The notes: a model not told the origin generated them from the letters alone. Numbered from the stretch's first letter, positions 1 through 10,247 are shown. The stretch is DNA of 52,379 nucleotides from Candidatus Thorarchaeota archaeon (GCA_048884785.1 JBHLQM010000013.1:1-52379), one strand, 5' to 3'. Numbers and translations: made by a program.

Positions 1-431
1 AGGAATGCGACAGGGTCTTTCGTCCTAAGCTTCGCCAACTTCAATCTCAAAGAATCGTATATTGGGACATGCCCTTTCGCATTTATGCGAGCCTGCCATA
101 TCATGTCACTGACCAAGTTCATCGCGTAGTTGGTTTCTATCCCTTCCTTCACCAATGCTCTGTATATGGCTAAATCAATCAATCCACCGTATTCATTCAT
201 GTAATTTCCATAATTCTCAAAGTCCTTGAAGTATGGCATTAGTTCTTCAATATTCGATTCTGTTTGGAGAAGAATGCGTTTTATTTCTCTACGGGTGAAG
301 CGACCCACCTCTGGGAGTCCATCCCTTCTGCATCTTGATATTAGTATTTGAGAAACAGCTTTTTTCTTGGCCTTCCATATTGCTCTCCGAATGATTGGTT
401 TCACCAGTGACTTTAGGCCAATTGACCTCAT
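1..431 (-). CDS. Hypothetical protein, 3' end outside window (possibly L-2-amino-thiazoline-4-carboxylic acid hydrolase-like)
   Basis: Not in ORF track. Manual translation from ATG at 431: MRSIGLKSLVKPIIRRAIWK...GLIDLAIYRALVKEGIETNYAMNLVSD..., open to the window edge. Family guess from the LAIYRAL..eG helix only. Confidence 0.6.
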   Translation of the reverse strand, partial: MRSIGLKSLVKPIIRRAIWKAKKKAVSQILISRCRRDGLPEVGRFTRREIKRILLQTESNIEELMPYFKDFENYGNYMNEYGGLIDLAIYRALVKEGIETNYAMNLVSDMIWQARINAKGHVPIYDSLRLKLAKLRTKDPVAF

Positions 432-611
432 GTAGAAATCTCCCGATCTAGCTTGGATATTCACGAGCTTTTAGGATGTGTCATCGAAGCAAGAATATCC
501 TGCTTTTTGATGAGTTCACATGAGATGAGTAGTGGAGTAAATTGGCATTGGAAAATCTTGCTTGGATATGAATTCTTAATATTTCGAAGAAAGAGTTCGA
601 GTCGATCAAGC

Positions 612-1043
612 ATGTCCACTTCAGGTAGGGCGAGCGATGAACAGGCAATTAGCAAGGTTCTTCATGATGCCTTCGGATGGGCTCTAACCAAAGATAGGCC
701 TCTCTTTGTATCCAGCTTCGCGAATGATAGCGATTTTTTTTCATACTTCCCTGACTCTAAGAGTACTGCACAAGGTTGGGCTGAATTTGAGAAATTCCTT
801 GATGGATGGATGGACCCCCGCAATGTTGCCACCGGGTATGATATTCGGGCCCTAAGAATTGTGATTTCAAGGAACGGCGATACTGCCTGGTTCTCAGCGA
901 TAGTGGATGATGCAGGAGAGTTTGATGGGAAGCCTTGGGGTTCAAAGGATATACGATGGACTGGAGTACTCGAGAAACGTTGTGGCGGATGGAGGATTTG
1001 TCAACAGCATCTGTCAGAAGCTAATGACAGAGCCTCTCAGTAG
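612..1043 (+). CDS. NTF2/SnoaL-like domain protein
   Basis: GDTAWFSA...RWTGVLEKRCGGWRICQQHLS C-terminal pattern typical of SnoaL_3/NTF2. Start moved to ATG 612. Confidence 0.8.
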   Translation: MSTSGRASDEQAISKVLHDAFGWALTKDRPLFVSSFANDSDFFSYFPDSKSTAQGWAEFEKFLDGWMDPRNVATGYDIRALRIVISRNGDTAWFSAIVDDAGEFDGKPWGSKDIRWTGVLEKRCGGWRICQQHLSEANDRASQ

Positions 1044-1191
1044 AGTGAGCATCTTCGTACAGTGCCGTATTTCAACAATCATTCGTAACTGCTTCTAGAA
1101 ACCCCTCTGCAGGCCAATCCTTTAATGCTTAGCTCATTAACAAAGGTTTTAATTAAATTCCTCATAGCTCATTCTGAGGATACAAATTCAC

Positions 1192-1362
1192 GTGCCTTCA
1201 TTCAAATGCAAAGATATTGGAATAACATGTGGTTATAGGGCTGAGGCCTTGACCATGAAAGATCTCATGAAGAAGATAGCGATTCATGCTGAGAGAACTC
1301 ATCACATGAAGACGATTCCGCCTGACACTATGGCCAGAGTTAGGGATGCAATACACCAATAA
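1192..1362 (+). CDS. Small metal-binding protein, DUF1059 family (56 aa)
   Basis: Below ORF-track cut-off. GTG start gives MPSFKCKDIGITCGYRAEALTMKDLMKKIAIHAERTHHMK... with the CxDxGxxC...HAxxxH signature. Confidence 0.85.
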   Translation: MPSFKCKDIGITCGYRAEALTMKDLMKKIAIHAERTHHMKTIPPDTMARVRDAIHQ

Positions 1363-1468
1363 TTCATCCATTATTTCTTGACTGTGTTGAATCGACTAGA
1401 TTCTATCCTGAGGTACATGAGGGAGATATGCAATCTACCCTCATTCTTTTTCCTTTTCTAAGATATTA

Positions 1469-2080
1469 TCATTGATGTCTTCTGCGGAACCAAACTGCAA
1501 AGGTGACAGCAAAGGCAACCAGAGCCCCGATCAAAGCTATTCCTGTTGGACTTGCTAGGTAAAAGTAGATTGGAGGATTGACAAGCATATACCCTCCCAT
1601 GTAGGTCAGTACTGGACTTGTGTTCCTGTTGCCAAGAGTATCATTCGCAAACAGCTTGAAGTGGAAATTTCCTCCGGATCCCTCGGTCTGTGGGCGTCCT
1701 AGAGTATAATTCCACCACACTGCATAGGTGAAGTTACCATTATAGAGTCCTTTGGTGCTATTGCCCTCCACCAGAACGCCTGTGACATTTTTCCATTCGG
1801 TTCTTCCAATCCACATGAACATGAATATCACTGTGTCTACACCGTCAGTATCATTTACCCATATCCAAAAATCCCAATTTTCTTCTGTCTGACCCGTATA
1901 TGCGCCATCCCAAGCGATTGTTATGTTTTGAAATTCATCGTCTACCATCCAATCGATTGATGGTCCCTCTTCATCAGCCAGTGTATATTGATTCTGTGAA
2001 ATCGACACAGTTAGCATTGTCCCAGTCACATGAACCAATGAAATTGAAAACAGGAGCATAATCCCTACCGTACGATTCAT
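1469..2080 (-). CDS. Secreted/surface protein with C-terminal TM anchor
   Basis: N-terminal hydrophobic signal, beta-rich Ig-like middle (FKLFANDTLGN), many NxT/S sequons, C-terminal TM followed by RRRHQ. Confidence 0.75.
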   Translation of the reverse strand: MNRTVGIMLLFSISLVHVTGTMLTVSISQNQYTLADEEGPSIDWMVDDEFQNITIAWDGAYTGQTEENWDFWIWVNDTDGVDTVIFMFMWIGRTEWKNVTGVLVEGNSTKGLYNGNFTYAVWWNYTLGRPQTEGSGGNFHFKLFANDTLGNRNTSPVLTYMGGYMLVNPPIYFYLASPTGIALIGALVAFAVTFAVWFRRRHQ

Positions 2081-2169
2081 GCCTAATCTATTGCACCAAA
2101 TCTATAGAATCTATTCTTTGAACAGGTGGTTCTAATTTAGGAACAGTCCTTTCCCATGTTTGCGGGAAC

Positions 2170-2673
2170 CTATTGTTTCTCTTCCTGATTGTCCTTCATG
2201 GCTTTGCGAATTGCTACGACTAATTGAGTTGCACTTGTGGCTGGTATATACCACCATTTCAGAAGTCCTCTTGACTTGGTGACATGAACCCACTGTGCGT
2301 TCGGATAGAAATGCTGGAAGTTCACCCACCATGGTGCATAGCGGAGGACTTCGAGGTCCTGAATATGAGCGAGAGGAATCTTCACAGACCACGCGCCATG
2401 TTTTGAAGTAACATTTTTTCTTGTCACAGTTATTTGGCCTGGGATGATGAGTAGATACGCTATTGCAATGATGAATAGAGGGATGAATAACCAGAGGAGA
2501 ATTAGCCAACCAGCGTAGCTGGGTTCAGTATAGGCCATTAGAATGAAGACTGGTGAAAGCACAAAGAAAGCGGCAAAGGATACAGCTCTTGCCAGAACAA
2601 CATCATATGGTGGTCTATCAACAAAAAGAGCTTCATTCGAATTCATGAAAACTTCACGTAGCTTGTGTTCCAA
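2170..2673 (-). CDS. Membrane protein with bacterial PH-like domain
   Basis: Two TM helices followed by a beta-rich domain (VKIPLAHIQDLEV...YIPATSATQLVVAI). Start uncertain. Confidence 0.6.
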   Translation of the reverse strand: MEHKLREVFMNSNEALFVDRPPYDVVLARAVSFAAFFVLSPVFILMAYTEPSYAGWLILLWLFIPLFIIAIAYLLIIPGQITVTRKNVTSKHGAWSVKIPLAHIQDLEVLRYAPWWVNFQHFYPNAQWVHVTKSRGLLKWWYIPATSATQLVVAIRKAMKDNQEEKQ

Positions 2674-2693
2674 TCAGCATTTATGTCTGTCAC

Positions 2694-2942
2694 CTATTTC
2701 ATCTGCCATCTACAGAGAAATAGAACTCCAATGAATATAGCAATGCTGATCAAAGCTCCCGTCACTGCACCTCCAGGCAAAGCTGCAACCAAGTTCGGAT
2801 CTCCCAAAAGAAACGCCGCAATAAAGAGAGCAATCGATGCCACACAGTAGATTGATTGCCTGATACAATCGCTCTTCGCTTTTGCATCATAATCAAAGTC
2901 ACTACCATCGTTTCCAAGTGCTTTTGCTATTCGCCCATCCAA
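2694..2942 (-). CDS. Small membrane protein
   Basis: 82-aa ORF with two hydrophobic helices, co-oriented with neighbours. Confidence 0.5.
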   Translation of the reverse strand: MDGRIAKALGNDGSDFDYDAKAKSDCIRQSIYCVASIALFIAAFLLGDPNLVAALPGGAVTGALISIAIFIGVLFLCRWQMK

Positions 2943-3079
2943 TTCAAAGACCCATAAACTCAGCCGAGCGTTTAGTATTATTTCTTCTCTCCAACGCAGG
3001 GTTCATCGATTAATTTCAATATGGTTTCCGCTTGGTTTAACAGATGGGCATGCATCTTGGCATACATTGAGGCATTTTG

Positions 3080-3841
3080 ATGTCAAGAAAGCGCCATGAA
3101 AAGACAATTGACTATGATTATGTTTCAGGTATCTATGATCTTGTTCGCACTGGCGATTCTGAAATGGTTCACCAGCTGCTAAGAGGTGTCAGGTTATCTT
3201 CCACGTCTCGAGTCCTCGATATAGGATGCGGAACCGCAAATAATACGCTTCTCTTTTCAAGAGCATCAGGTGCCAGCGTTACAGGTCTTGATCTCTCTTA
3301 TGGGATGTTGTTTCAGGCTCAAGCAAAGGTACGAGATTTGAGTTTCATTCAGGCCCCAGCAGATATGATACCAATCGCTGATTCCTCCTTTGATTTCGTC
3401 TATATGACAGAGGTTGTACACCACCTACCTGAAGTTCAGGATGCCATGAATGAAATCTACCGTCTTTTGAAGGATTCCGGCAGAACATGCATCGTAACTC
3501 AATCACACGCCCAGATTGCAGATAGAATGACATCCAGGTTCTTCCCTTCAACAATTGCCATTGATCAGGCTCGCTATCCGTCAATCTCAGAGCTGAAGGA
3601 ATTCCTTACTGGGGCAGGTTTCACTCACGTGCAACCCAACATCTACAAATTCGCTCCAATGCGTCTTGGTGAAGAATATCTAGAAACTGTTGAGAATCGT
3701 GGATACTCTATGCTTCACAAGATAGCCAATGACGAATATATCAAAGGATTGAATCAGCTACGTAAGGCGATGTCGTCTGATGAACCTCTCACCTATGAGG
3801 CGGGTTATACATTTGTCTGGGCGTACAAGAAACACGCCTAG
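3080..3841 (+). CDS. Class I SAM-dependent methyltransferase
   Basis: VLDIGCGT motif I, GLDLS, SFDFVY, VVHHL. Confidence 0.9.
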   Translation: MSRKRHEKTIDYDYVSGIYDLVRTGDSEMVHQLLRGVRLSSTSRVLDIGCGTANNTLLFSRASGASVTGLDLSYGMLFQAQAKVRDLSFIQAPADMIPIADSSFDFVYMTEVVHHLPEVQDAMNEIYRLLKDSGRTCIVTQSHAQIADRMTSRFFPSTIAIDQARYPSISELKEFLTGAGFTHVQPNIYKFAPMRLGEEYLETVENRGYSMLHKIANDEYIKGLNQLRKAMSSDEPLTYEAGYTFVWAYKKHA

Positions 3842-3880
3842 TTAGAATGGAAGTTGTTAAAGAATTCAGGTATTGAATTA

Positions 3881-4225
3881 CTAACTGACTTCTACCTTTA
3901 TGATATGTTCACTCTCAACATCAAATCTGAATAGAACCCTAATTATCAGGCTTGTTTGTCCTGGCGTAATCCCTCGAAAGAGCCAGTATCCTCTCTCAGC
4001 ATCACCGCCAGTCCAACCCGGCTTCTTTAAATTCTCAGGATGGAGGTATTCAGTGTGCGTGTCTTCATGCGAGAGAATTGTCAAATCTTCTATCTCAAAC
4101 TCGGCATCTTCACCCACAGATCCATGCCTATGGAATCCGCACCTGAAGACTTCTCCAGTTTTGATTTTCATTGAATTCTCAGATTTCCAATCAAGTTCCC
4201 GAATTTCCTCCTTACGCGGCTTCAT
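3881..4225 (-). CDS. Chagasin/I42-like protease inhibitor domain protein
   Basis: IKTGEVF...GSVG...GWTGGDAERGYWLFRGITPGQTSLII...IIKVEV pattern of Inhibitor_I42. GGTAGGTGA SD-like sequence before ATG 4225. Confidence 0.55.
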   Translation of the reverse strand: MKPRKEEIRELDWKSENSMKIKTGEVFRCGFHRHGSVGEDAEFEIEDLTILSHEDTHTEYLHPENLKKPGWTGGDAERGYWLFRGITPGQTSLIIRVLFRFDVESEHIIKVEVS

Positions 4226-4229
4226 GTTA

Positions 4230-4982
4230 TCACCTACCAAGTTGTGCTGCTAGTCCTTTTGGTTTCTTTATCCACCTGTAGGCTAGGAATGCAACTATGA
4301 CGAATACTGCAGCCACTATTGCTACAAGCATTATTGCTGTCACATCCGTATCGGGTGGAAGGATTGTGGGCATGCCTTCAGACCATTGAGCAATCACAAT
4401 GTCTACCAAGACACTCCCAAAACTTGAGATACGAAATCTGCTGAAGTCTAGGGTTCCAGTGACCTTACTGTATCTCAACTCATAGAAGTAGCTGTATGTA
4501 GCAGCTCCAATTGTAAAACTATACTCCTCTCTCACTCCCCAATTGCTCTGGTCATCTATGAGCGATATATACTCATACTGCGATAGATTCAGTCTCTCTG
4601 TTTGGAAATCCCAATCACCAGTGGGCCTTCCGAAGACTGATGTGCCGGTCATGAGAACAAATGAGTCATTACTTCGGGTAAGTGTCATTTCTAGAGATGG
4701 AATTGGATCTTCTACTGGGATGTCAGAAGGAATTTCATCAATCTCGGTAACCAGAGCAGTGAATTTCTGACCCTCGCTGCAGTTCAGAACAAAGAGCATC
4801 CAAACCGGGACAAATGAAATGCCAGAGGGGTCGATTGTTTTTCTCTGCAGAGCATATGTGAACTCATCATCTATATTCACACTCCATACTAGTGAATGGT
4901 TTGCAGCCAAAGTTGTCGGAACTGTAATGAGTAGACACAGAACTACCACGATGATTACTTTGGAAGATTGGCTTCGTTTCAT
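4230..4982 (-). CDS. Surface protein with signal peptide and C-terminal TM anchor
   Basis: N-terminal signal (KRSQSSKVIIVVVLCLLITV), LVWSVNIDDEFTY start of ectodomain, C-terminal TM plus KKPK. Confidence 0.75.
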   Translation of the reverse strand: MKRSQSSKVIIVVVLCLLITVPTTLAANHSLVWSVNIDDEFTYALQRKTIDPSGISFVPVWMLFVLNCSEGQKFTALVTEIDEIPSDIPVEDPIPSLEMTLTRSNDSFVLMTGTSVFGRPTGDWDFQTERLNLSQYEYISLIDDQSNWGVREEYSFTIGAATYSYFYELRYSKVTGTLDFSRFRISSFGSVLVDIVIAQWSEGMPTILPPDTDVTAIMLVAIVAAVFVIVAFLAYRWIKKPKGLAAQLGR

Positions 4983-5049
4983 GCTCTATTGTCTCTCCTC
5001 ATGGCACAAATGAAAGAAACCGGACACAAGTAATGAAGATATCCATTCC

Positions 5050-5811
5050 TCAGTGAGCTTTGAAAGGTAGTATCTCATGAAGTTCCTCAAGGTGGTCAAT
5101 GATGATTGTGCCTTCTGGAGCAAGTTCTCTCTGCTCAGGGTCAATCCATGTTAATAGAATTGGAATCATACTAGCTCTCTTTGCAGCTACTACATCGTCC
5201 TCCACCTTATTTCCTACATATACACATCTTAGAGGATTCGATTTTAGTGCACTAGCGACTTCCAGCAACATGTATGGTGATGGTTTTGCGTATCCTGGGA
5301 CCGCAGAATACTCTATGGCTCCAAAGAACTCTTTGATACCATCCGCCTCAAGGTATTTCGTTGGGTTTCCGAATCTGTTTGATGCAATTCCGAGTTTGAA
5401 CCCTCGTTCATATAATCTCAGAACCTCTTCCTTACATCCATCAACAAGCTCAGGCTTCACCGTTTCATGGAAATCATCCCATTTCTCCTGATAGGCCTCA
5501 GCAAGGGTGTCGATGTCACCGCCTATACAGAGATTCTCCAAGAGCTGACGGTCATATTGTATCCAGTGTTCTCGAGATGGCTCCCACTTGGGGCCAACGT
5601 CATTGTCAAGCATGTATCGAACGAGCCAATCATTCCTCTGCTCGTCGAGAGCAGACTCGATCTCTTCGTTAGTAAGCATCTCACACCCCTCAATACCTGC
5701 GTCAATCAGGTGTTTGCGTGCCAGAGTTAGCAACCCCTCGATTGGTTTGTAGAGTGTTCCTCCCAAGTCAAATATGATGGTATCGACCTGCTCCAATGAC
5801 ATGTGCATCAC
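5050..5811 (-). CDS. HAD-superfamily hydrolase
   Basis: IIFDLGGTLY, IASN, AKPSP, YVGNKVEDD motifs. Confidence 0.9.
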   Translation of the reverse strand: MMHMSLEQVDTIIFDLGGTLYKPIEGLLTLARKHLIDAGIEGCEMLTNEEIESALDEQRNDWLVRYMLDNDVGPKWEPSREHWIQYDRQLLENLCIGGDIDTLAEAYQEKWDDFHETVKPELVDGCKEEVLRLYERGFKLGIASNRFGNPTKYLEADGIKEFFGAIEYSAVPGYAKPSPYMLLEVASALKSNPLRCVYVGNKVEDDVVAAKRASMIPILLTWIDPEQRELAPEGTIIIDHLEELHEILPFKAH

Positions 5812-5907
5812 ACAGTGTTTTCTGCGGTATGTATTTTATCTATCGGAAGCACCATTCCTGCAACTCAACTCTTTTGAATGAGTCCTGTATTGTTAGAAGT
5901 GATTCAG

Positions 5908-7053
5908 ATGAGTACGCCTGAACAGACTCTCAAGGAGATAGACGCATATCTGAAAGGAAATCCAGGAGATGCTATTGCTTGGAATTCGAAGGGAGTACTG
6001 GAGGCGACTCTGCAGCAGTTTGGTCCTGCACTTAGAAGCCTTGACCAAGCTATTCGATTGGACCCGAACATGCATCAAGCTCATACTAATCGTGGACGTG
6101 TGCTTCTTGCGCTTGGACTGGAGAAGGCCCCAGAGGCCCTGAAATCATTCGATGCTGCCCTCAAATTAAAACCAAATGATTTGGATGCTTTACGGGATAA
6201 GGCGATTGCACTTAGAGCCCTAAGTAGAATATCTGAGGAATTGAAATGCCTTGATATGATTGTGAAGGAAGCACCAGAAGAATTACGAGCATGGCTGAGA
6301 ATAGGCGACATCTACTTGGAGGAAGGAAAGTTTGAGCATGCCTCGGCCTCTTTTGCCAAGGTACTGGAAAGGGATGAGCAAAATGTCCGTGCGCTGATAC
6401 ATCAATCAATAGCACTTTCGATGCTCAAGAAGTGGAACGACGCCATCAATGCTGCTGAAACTGCCTGCAAGATTACACCAGATGATGCTGAGGTCTGGCG
6501 GGTACTTGGGGACGTCAATCTCAGGGCGGAGAAAAACAGAGCTGCAATGAAAGCCCTCAAGAAAGCATCCGAGGTTGACCCAAGCGATCCGAACGTAGAG
6601 AATACGATGGGCATGCTGCAATACAAGACCGGAAATCTCCGAGATGCAATTAGGCATTTTAGACGTGCTATCATCCGTGATAGAAAGAACAGGCGGGCGT
6701 ATCGCAATTATGCTCTCGTTTCTATGGAACTCGAAGAGTGGGAGAATGCAGCGAAAGCTTGGCAGAAATACGTTAAGCTTGAGAAGAATGATGCCATTGC
6801 GTTTGATGCACTGGGAACTACGTTTGCGAGATTAGAAGACTTTTGCGGAGCCGCAGATGCTTGGGAGAGCTCGCGAAAGCTCTTCAAGAAGAGAGGTGAA
6901 GAAAAAGAGGCATCTCGTGTAGCAGAGCTCGGAAGAGCTGCAAGAATCAACTGTGGAAGACTGAAAAAAGCATATCGTGCTCAGAGAGAACAGGAGAAGG
7001 CGACACGTTCGTTTTCTGATCGACATGAACTGAGGAGAAAGAAGAAGAAGTAG
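5908..7053 (+). CDS. Tetratricopeptide repeat protein
   Basis: Multiple 34-aa TPR units (AWNSKG...ALRSLDQAIRLDP; AWLRIG...FAKVLERD); basic C-terminal tail. Confidence 0.9.
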   Translation: MSTPEQTLKEIDAYLKGNPGDAIAWNSKGVLEATLQQFGPALRSLDQAIRLDPNMHQAHTNRGRVLLALGLEKAPEALKSFDAALKLKPNDLDALRDKAIALRALSRISEELKCLDMIVKEAPEELRAWLRIGDIYLEEGKFEHASASFAKVLERDEQNVRALIHQSIALSMLKKWNDAINAAETACKITPDDAEVWRVLGDVNLRAEKNRAAMKALKKASEVDPSDPNVENTMGMLQYKTGNLRDAIRHFRRAIIRDRKNRRAYRNYALVSMELEEWENAAKAWQKYVKLEKNDAIAFDALGTTFARLEDFCGAADAWESSRKLFKKRGEEKEASRVAELGRAARINCGRLKKAYRAQREQEKATRSFSDRHELRRKKKK

Positions 7054-7422
7054 CTAGTCAGAGCCCTCTGCCTGCTTATATGAGAATGCCGCTTTGTCTG
7101 GCAGATTCATTCTTTCGTAGACATTTCCCAGTAGAATCCATGCCTGAGGTTTGCTTGGATTCAGAAGTATTGCATGCTCCAACACTGAGTGAGCACGTGA
7201 TATTCGGTTTCTGGCCATCAGAGCTTTGGCGTAGTAGACCCAACCATCGTAGTCACCTGGCCTTAGCATGAGAAGATAGCCTACAGCCTCCAAGTGTAGA
7301 GAAGGAATGATGAATAGTATGGGCACTATGATAACTAGAATAAAGATAATCACTACCAGAGGTATCAATGCTAGTATCCTTCTATTCTTGACTGGAATAC
7401 TTAATGCACTGATGCTTATCAT
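7054..7422 (-). CDS. Membrane-anchored TPR protein
   Basis: N-terminal TM, then TPRs (AILLNPSKPQAWILLGNVY). Confidence 0.75.
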   Translation of the reverse strand: MISISALSIPVKNRRILALIPLVVIIFILVIIVPILFIIPSLHLEAVGYLLMLRPGDYDGWVYYAKALMARNRISRAHSVLEHAILLNPSKPQAWILLGNVYERMNLPDKAAFSYKQAEGSD

Positions 7423-7445
7423 CTATCCGCAATCTGCGATGCAAC

Positions 7446-8252
7446 TTATGGCGAGTCATTGATGATTGATCTGATGAAATGCTCGACTGCAAACCTCTCT
7501 TGAGTCATTCCAACATACCAGGGTGGGGTAAGCTCAAGTCTATCCATCATTTGCTGCTGATTCAATCCCTCTTCGTGCAGGTCTCTAACCTTTACTATCA
7601 TTTCTTTTAGATAGTCAATTCTCTTCTGAATATAATCGTAAGGCGACATGACTGGCCCTCTGTGGCCGTCAAATAGAATCTCCACACCCATTGTTTGTAT
7701 ATACTCCATAGTAGTAATCATACGAGGAATATTCTCTTCAGGCATAGCAAGGAATTTCCTCGAAGGCAATGGTACCGCATCCGCTGAGAACAACCATTTT
7801 CTCTCCGGTTCCAAGAAGCCAACCATATCAGCAAAATGCCCGGGTAGGTCAACTACTTCAAATGTAAAATCTCCAATTTCGAAGTTCCTCGGAAGAATCT
7901 GAACGTTATCCAAGGGAGTCGGTTGTCCCCATACAAATTGAAAGAATTCCGGAATCTCAGGTGGTCTTTTCACCAAATTGATTGAACTTCCCCACGCATA
8001 GACTGAAGCAGTTTTGGCAAAGACAGTCGCGCCTCCTGTATGATCCTCATGTGCATGAGTGAGATAGACGTTCTTAGCTGGCTTCTTGGCATTATACTTG
8101 GCAAGTTCATCATTTGCATTTGGGCAGCCTGCATCTATTAGGGAATCCAAGATATGATACGCATAGGCCCACATAATGGGTTTTCCATCATCCATAGGAG
8201 TTGCTGTCTTGATACATGTGATGTTTTTATCGTAGGGTTCAATCTCAATCAT
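7446..8252 (-). CDS. MBL-fold metallo-hydrolase
   Basis: THAHEDH, PGH, LFSAD, DGH motifs. Confidence 0.9.
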   Translation of the reverse strand: MIEIEPYDKNITCIKTATPMDDGKPIMWAYAYHILDSLIDAGCPNANDELAKYNAKKPAKNVYLTHAHEDHTGGATVFAKTASVYAWGSSINLVKRPPEIPEFFQFVWGQPTPLDNVQILPRNFEIGDFTFEVVDLPGHFADMVGFLEPERKWLFSADAVPLPSRKFLAMPEENIPRMITTMEYIQTMGVEILFDGHRGPVMSPYDYIQKRIDYLKEMIVKVRDLHEEGLNQQQMMDRLELTPPWYVGMTQERFAVEHFIRSIINDSP

Positions 8253-8338
8253 ACTAGTGGTTTTGGAAACAATGGGGTAAATGGCTTCTTCGGTGTACAG
8301 GAACTAATATGAGGGCGCATTGTGTTTTATTTGGAACC

Positions 8339-9310
8339 ATGGGAATCAAGAGGAAGATTCTGATTCAAATTATGGACAAGATTGCGATTCCGAGAATAAA
8401 GAACATAATCAAATTAGAATCGAGTACATGTCAAATGCCCGGTATGATTCTGCCAACAGAAAACTCTCCCAAACGCTTTGAGATTCCTCTTAATATGATG
8501 GAGCTAGTCAAAACTGACCCAAATATGCCCTTTCGCTCATTACCTCCATTTCGTATCTTACCATCCTTGCTGGGAAATCTGAAGAAGGTAATCAAGTCAC
8601 TTCCTCAAAATCCATCAGAACCACTAAAGGAAGCAAGTCCGGAGTTTTTGCATGAGCTGACTGAGTACGCTTATTCTCTTGGAGTGGATATAGTCGGATT
8701 CACGAAGTTGCAGCGAGAAGAAATCTTCCAGGAGAAGGGTATCCTTCATGAGAATGCCATTGTGTTGGTAATGGAGATGGACCAGGATAAGATTGAGGCC
8801 GCCCCCAGCCGAGTCACGCAGGTCATGATAATGAAGACCTATGATGATCTAGGAGTTGCAGCAAACAAGATTGCTGAGTTCCTTAGAAAGAATGGCTACT
8901 CAGCAATGGCCGGACACCCTCTCGGAGGTATGTCTCTATATCCCCCTCAAGCTATGAGTGCGGGTCTAGGATGGATTGGACGGAATGGGGTCTTGATAAC
9001 CCAAGAATTCGGTCCACGAGTTCGAATCGCCTCAGTCTTTACAAGTATTGAGAATCTGCCTTTCGCAATAAACAATAATCACTCATGGATATCAGACTAC
9101 TGTGATAGTTGCGCTATCTGCATCAGAATGTGTCCGCCTCAAGCCATTCGAGAGGAATCCATTTCTCACGATTCAGGAAGAGTAACGTATACATATCAAG
9201 ACAGGTGTTTCCGGTATTTTGCAGAGAATTACGGGTGTTCCATTTGCATCAAGGTCTGTCCCTTCAGTAGTCAGCCGTATGATCAAATAAGAAGCAGGTT
9301 TGAAACCTAA
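8339..9310 (+). CDS. Reductive dehalogenase-like / epoxyqueuosine reductase-like cobalamin and 2x[4Fe-4S] protein
   Basis: AGLGWIGRNGVLITQEFGPRVRI, CDSCAICIRMCP and CFRYFAENYGCSICIKVCP motifs; no Tat signal. Confidence 0.8.
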   Translation: MGIKRKILIQIMDKIAIPRIKNIIKLESSTCQMPGMILPTENSPKRFEIPLNMMELVKTDPNMPFRSLPPFRILPSLLGNLKKVIKSLPQNPSEPLKEASPEFLHELTEYAYSLGVDIVGFTKLQREEIFQEKGILHENAIVLVMEMDQDKIEAAPSRVTQVMIMKTYDDLGVAANKIAEFLRKNGYSAMAGHPLGGMSLYPPQAMSAGLGWIGRNGVLITQEFGPRVRIASVFTSIENLPFAINNNHSWISDYCDSCAICIRMCPPQAIREESISHDSGRVTYTYQDRCFRYFAENYGCSICIKVCPFSSQPYDQIRSRFET

Positions 9311-9329
9311 ACTGTCTGAGGTTTCATTA

Positions 9330-10247
9330 TTATAGGTGTCCTGCCTGTTCTATCATCTTGCGTAGTGCTTCACGACGCGGCCTCCTAATCTTCTTAGGTG
9401 GATAGACCATTATCGTATTCCGTAGATTTACAGAAGGCATGCTTCTAAAAAACGAAGTGATTGGTTCGGCATCCTTGATATGTTCGAGAAGGAAATCGCA
9501 CCACATAACTGGCTCAAGAGCTGAGTAGCTCAGATTATAGAACTCATTGGGATATCTATCTTGCAGGGTCTCTCTAATCTTCTCCGGTGTTATTGCCTTC
9601 GTATCCCATGTCAATCGAAATGCAATGAAAGTCGCATCGGAGGCTGACATGGCCAAAGTTACAGTGAACAAGACTGATTCTTGATTCACGAGCTCATCGA
9701 GTATTCTCCGGACACGCCTTACTGTGAGGCCTGACTTCTCTGCAATCTCTGAAACCCTCATTTTCGGATCTCCAAGTAGGGCAGCAAGTACTCTGAGCTG
9801 TAAATTCGTTAGTGGCCTGTTCTTCCCTCTCGGAGCTGGGAGTGTATGGACTTCCATATCTCTTACGCTCTCAAGTCTCCTGAGATGTGTGCTCAAATCA
9901 CTCAGCTGCTCTATTCCAGAATATTCCGCCAAGACTATACAGGTCCCAAAAGAATCGTAGTGAACCTGATAGACAAGGGGATATTCAAAGACAAGGTTTG
10001 CGAAACTATCATCATCGATTGATTTGTCAGTGTAAATCAAAATGAACGCGATTTCCGAATTCACCATTGCACGGCTTAGTTCAACAACATACTCTCGAAT
10101 TACACCTGTTTCTTCCAAGGATGCAACTCTCTTCCTAATTGCAGTAGCTGTTATACCATGATGTTCAGCAAGGTCCGAATAGGTAATCCTGCAGTTTCTT
10201 CGTAAATCAAGAAGAATCCCCCTATCGATAGAATCCATGCTGAACAC
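9330..10247 (-). CDS. Tandem (double) Lrp/AsnC transcriptional regulator
   Basis: Two HTH units: DSIDRGILLDLRRNCRITYSDLA and LTNLQLRVLAALLGDPKMRVSEIA. Confidence 0.85.
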   Translation of the reverse strand: MFSMDSIDRGILLDLRRNCRITYSDLAEHHGITATAIRKRVASLEETGVIREYVVELSRAMVNSEIAFILIYTDKSIDDDSFANLVFEYPLVYQVHYDSFGTCIVLAEYSGIEQLSDLSTHLRRLESVRDMEVHTLPAPRGKNRPLTNLQLRVLAALLGDPKMRVSEIAEKSGLTVRRVRRILDELVNQESVLFTVTLAMSASDATFIAFRLTWDTKAITPEKIRETLQDRYPNEFYNLSYSALEPVMWCDFLLEHIKDAEPITSFFRSMPSVNLRNTIMVYPPKKIRRPRREALRKMIEQAGHL

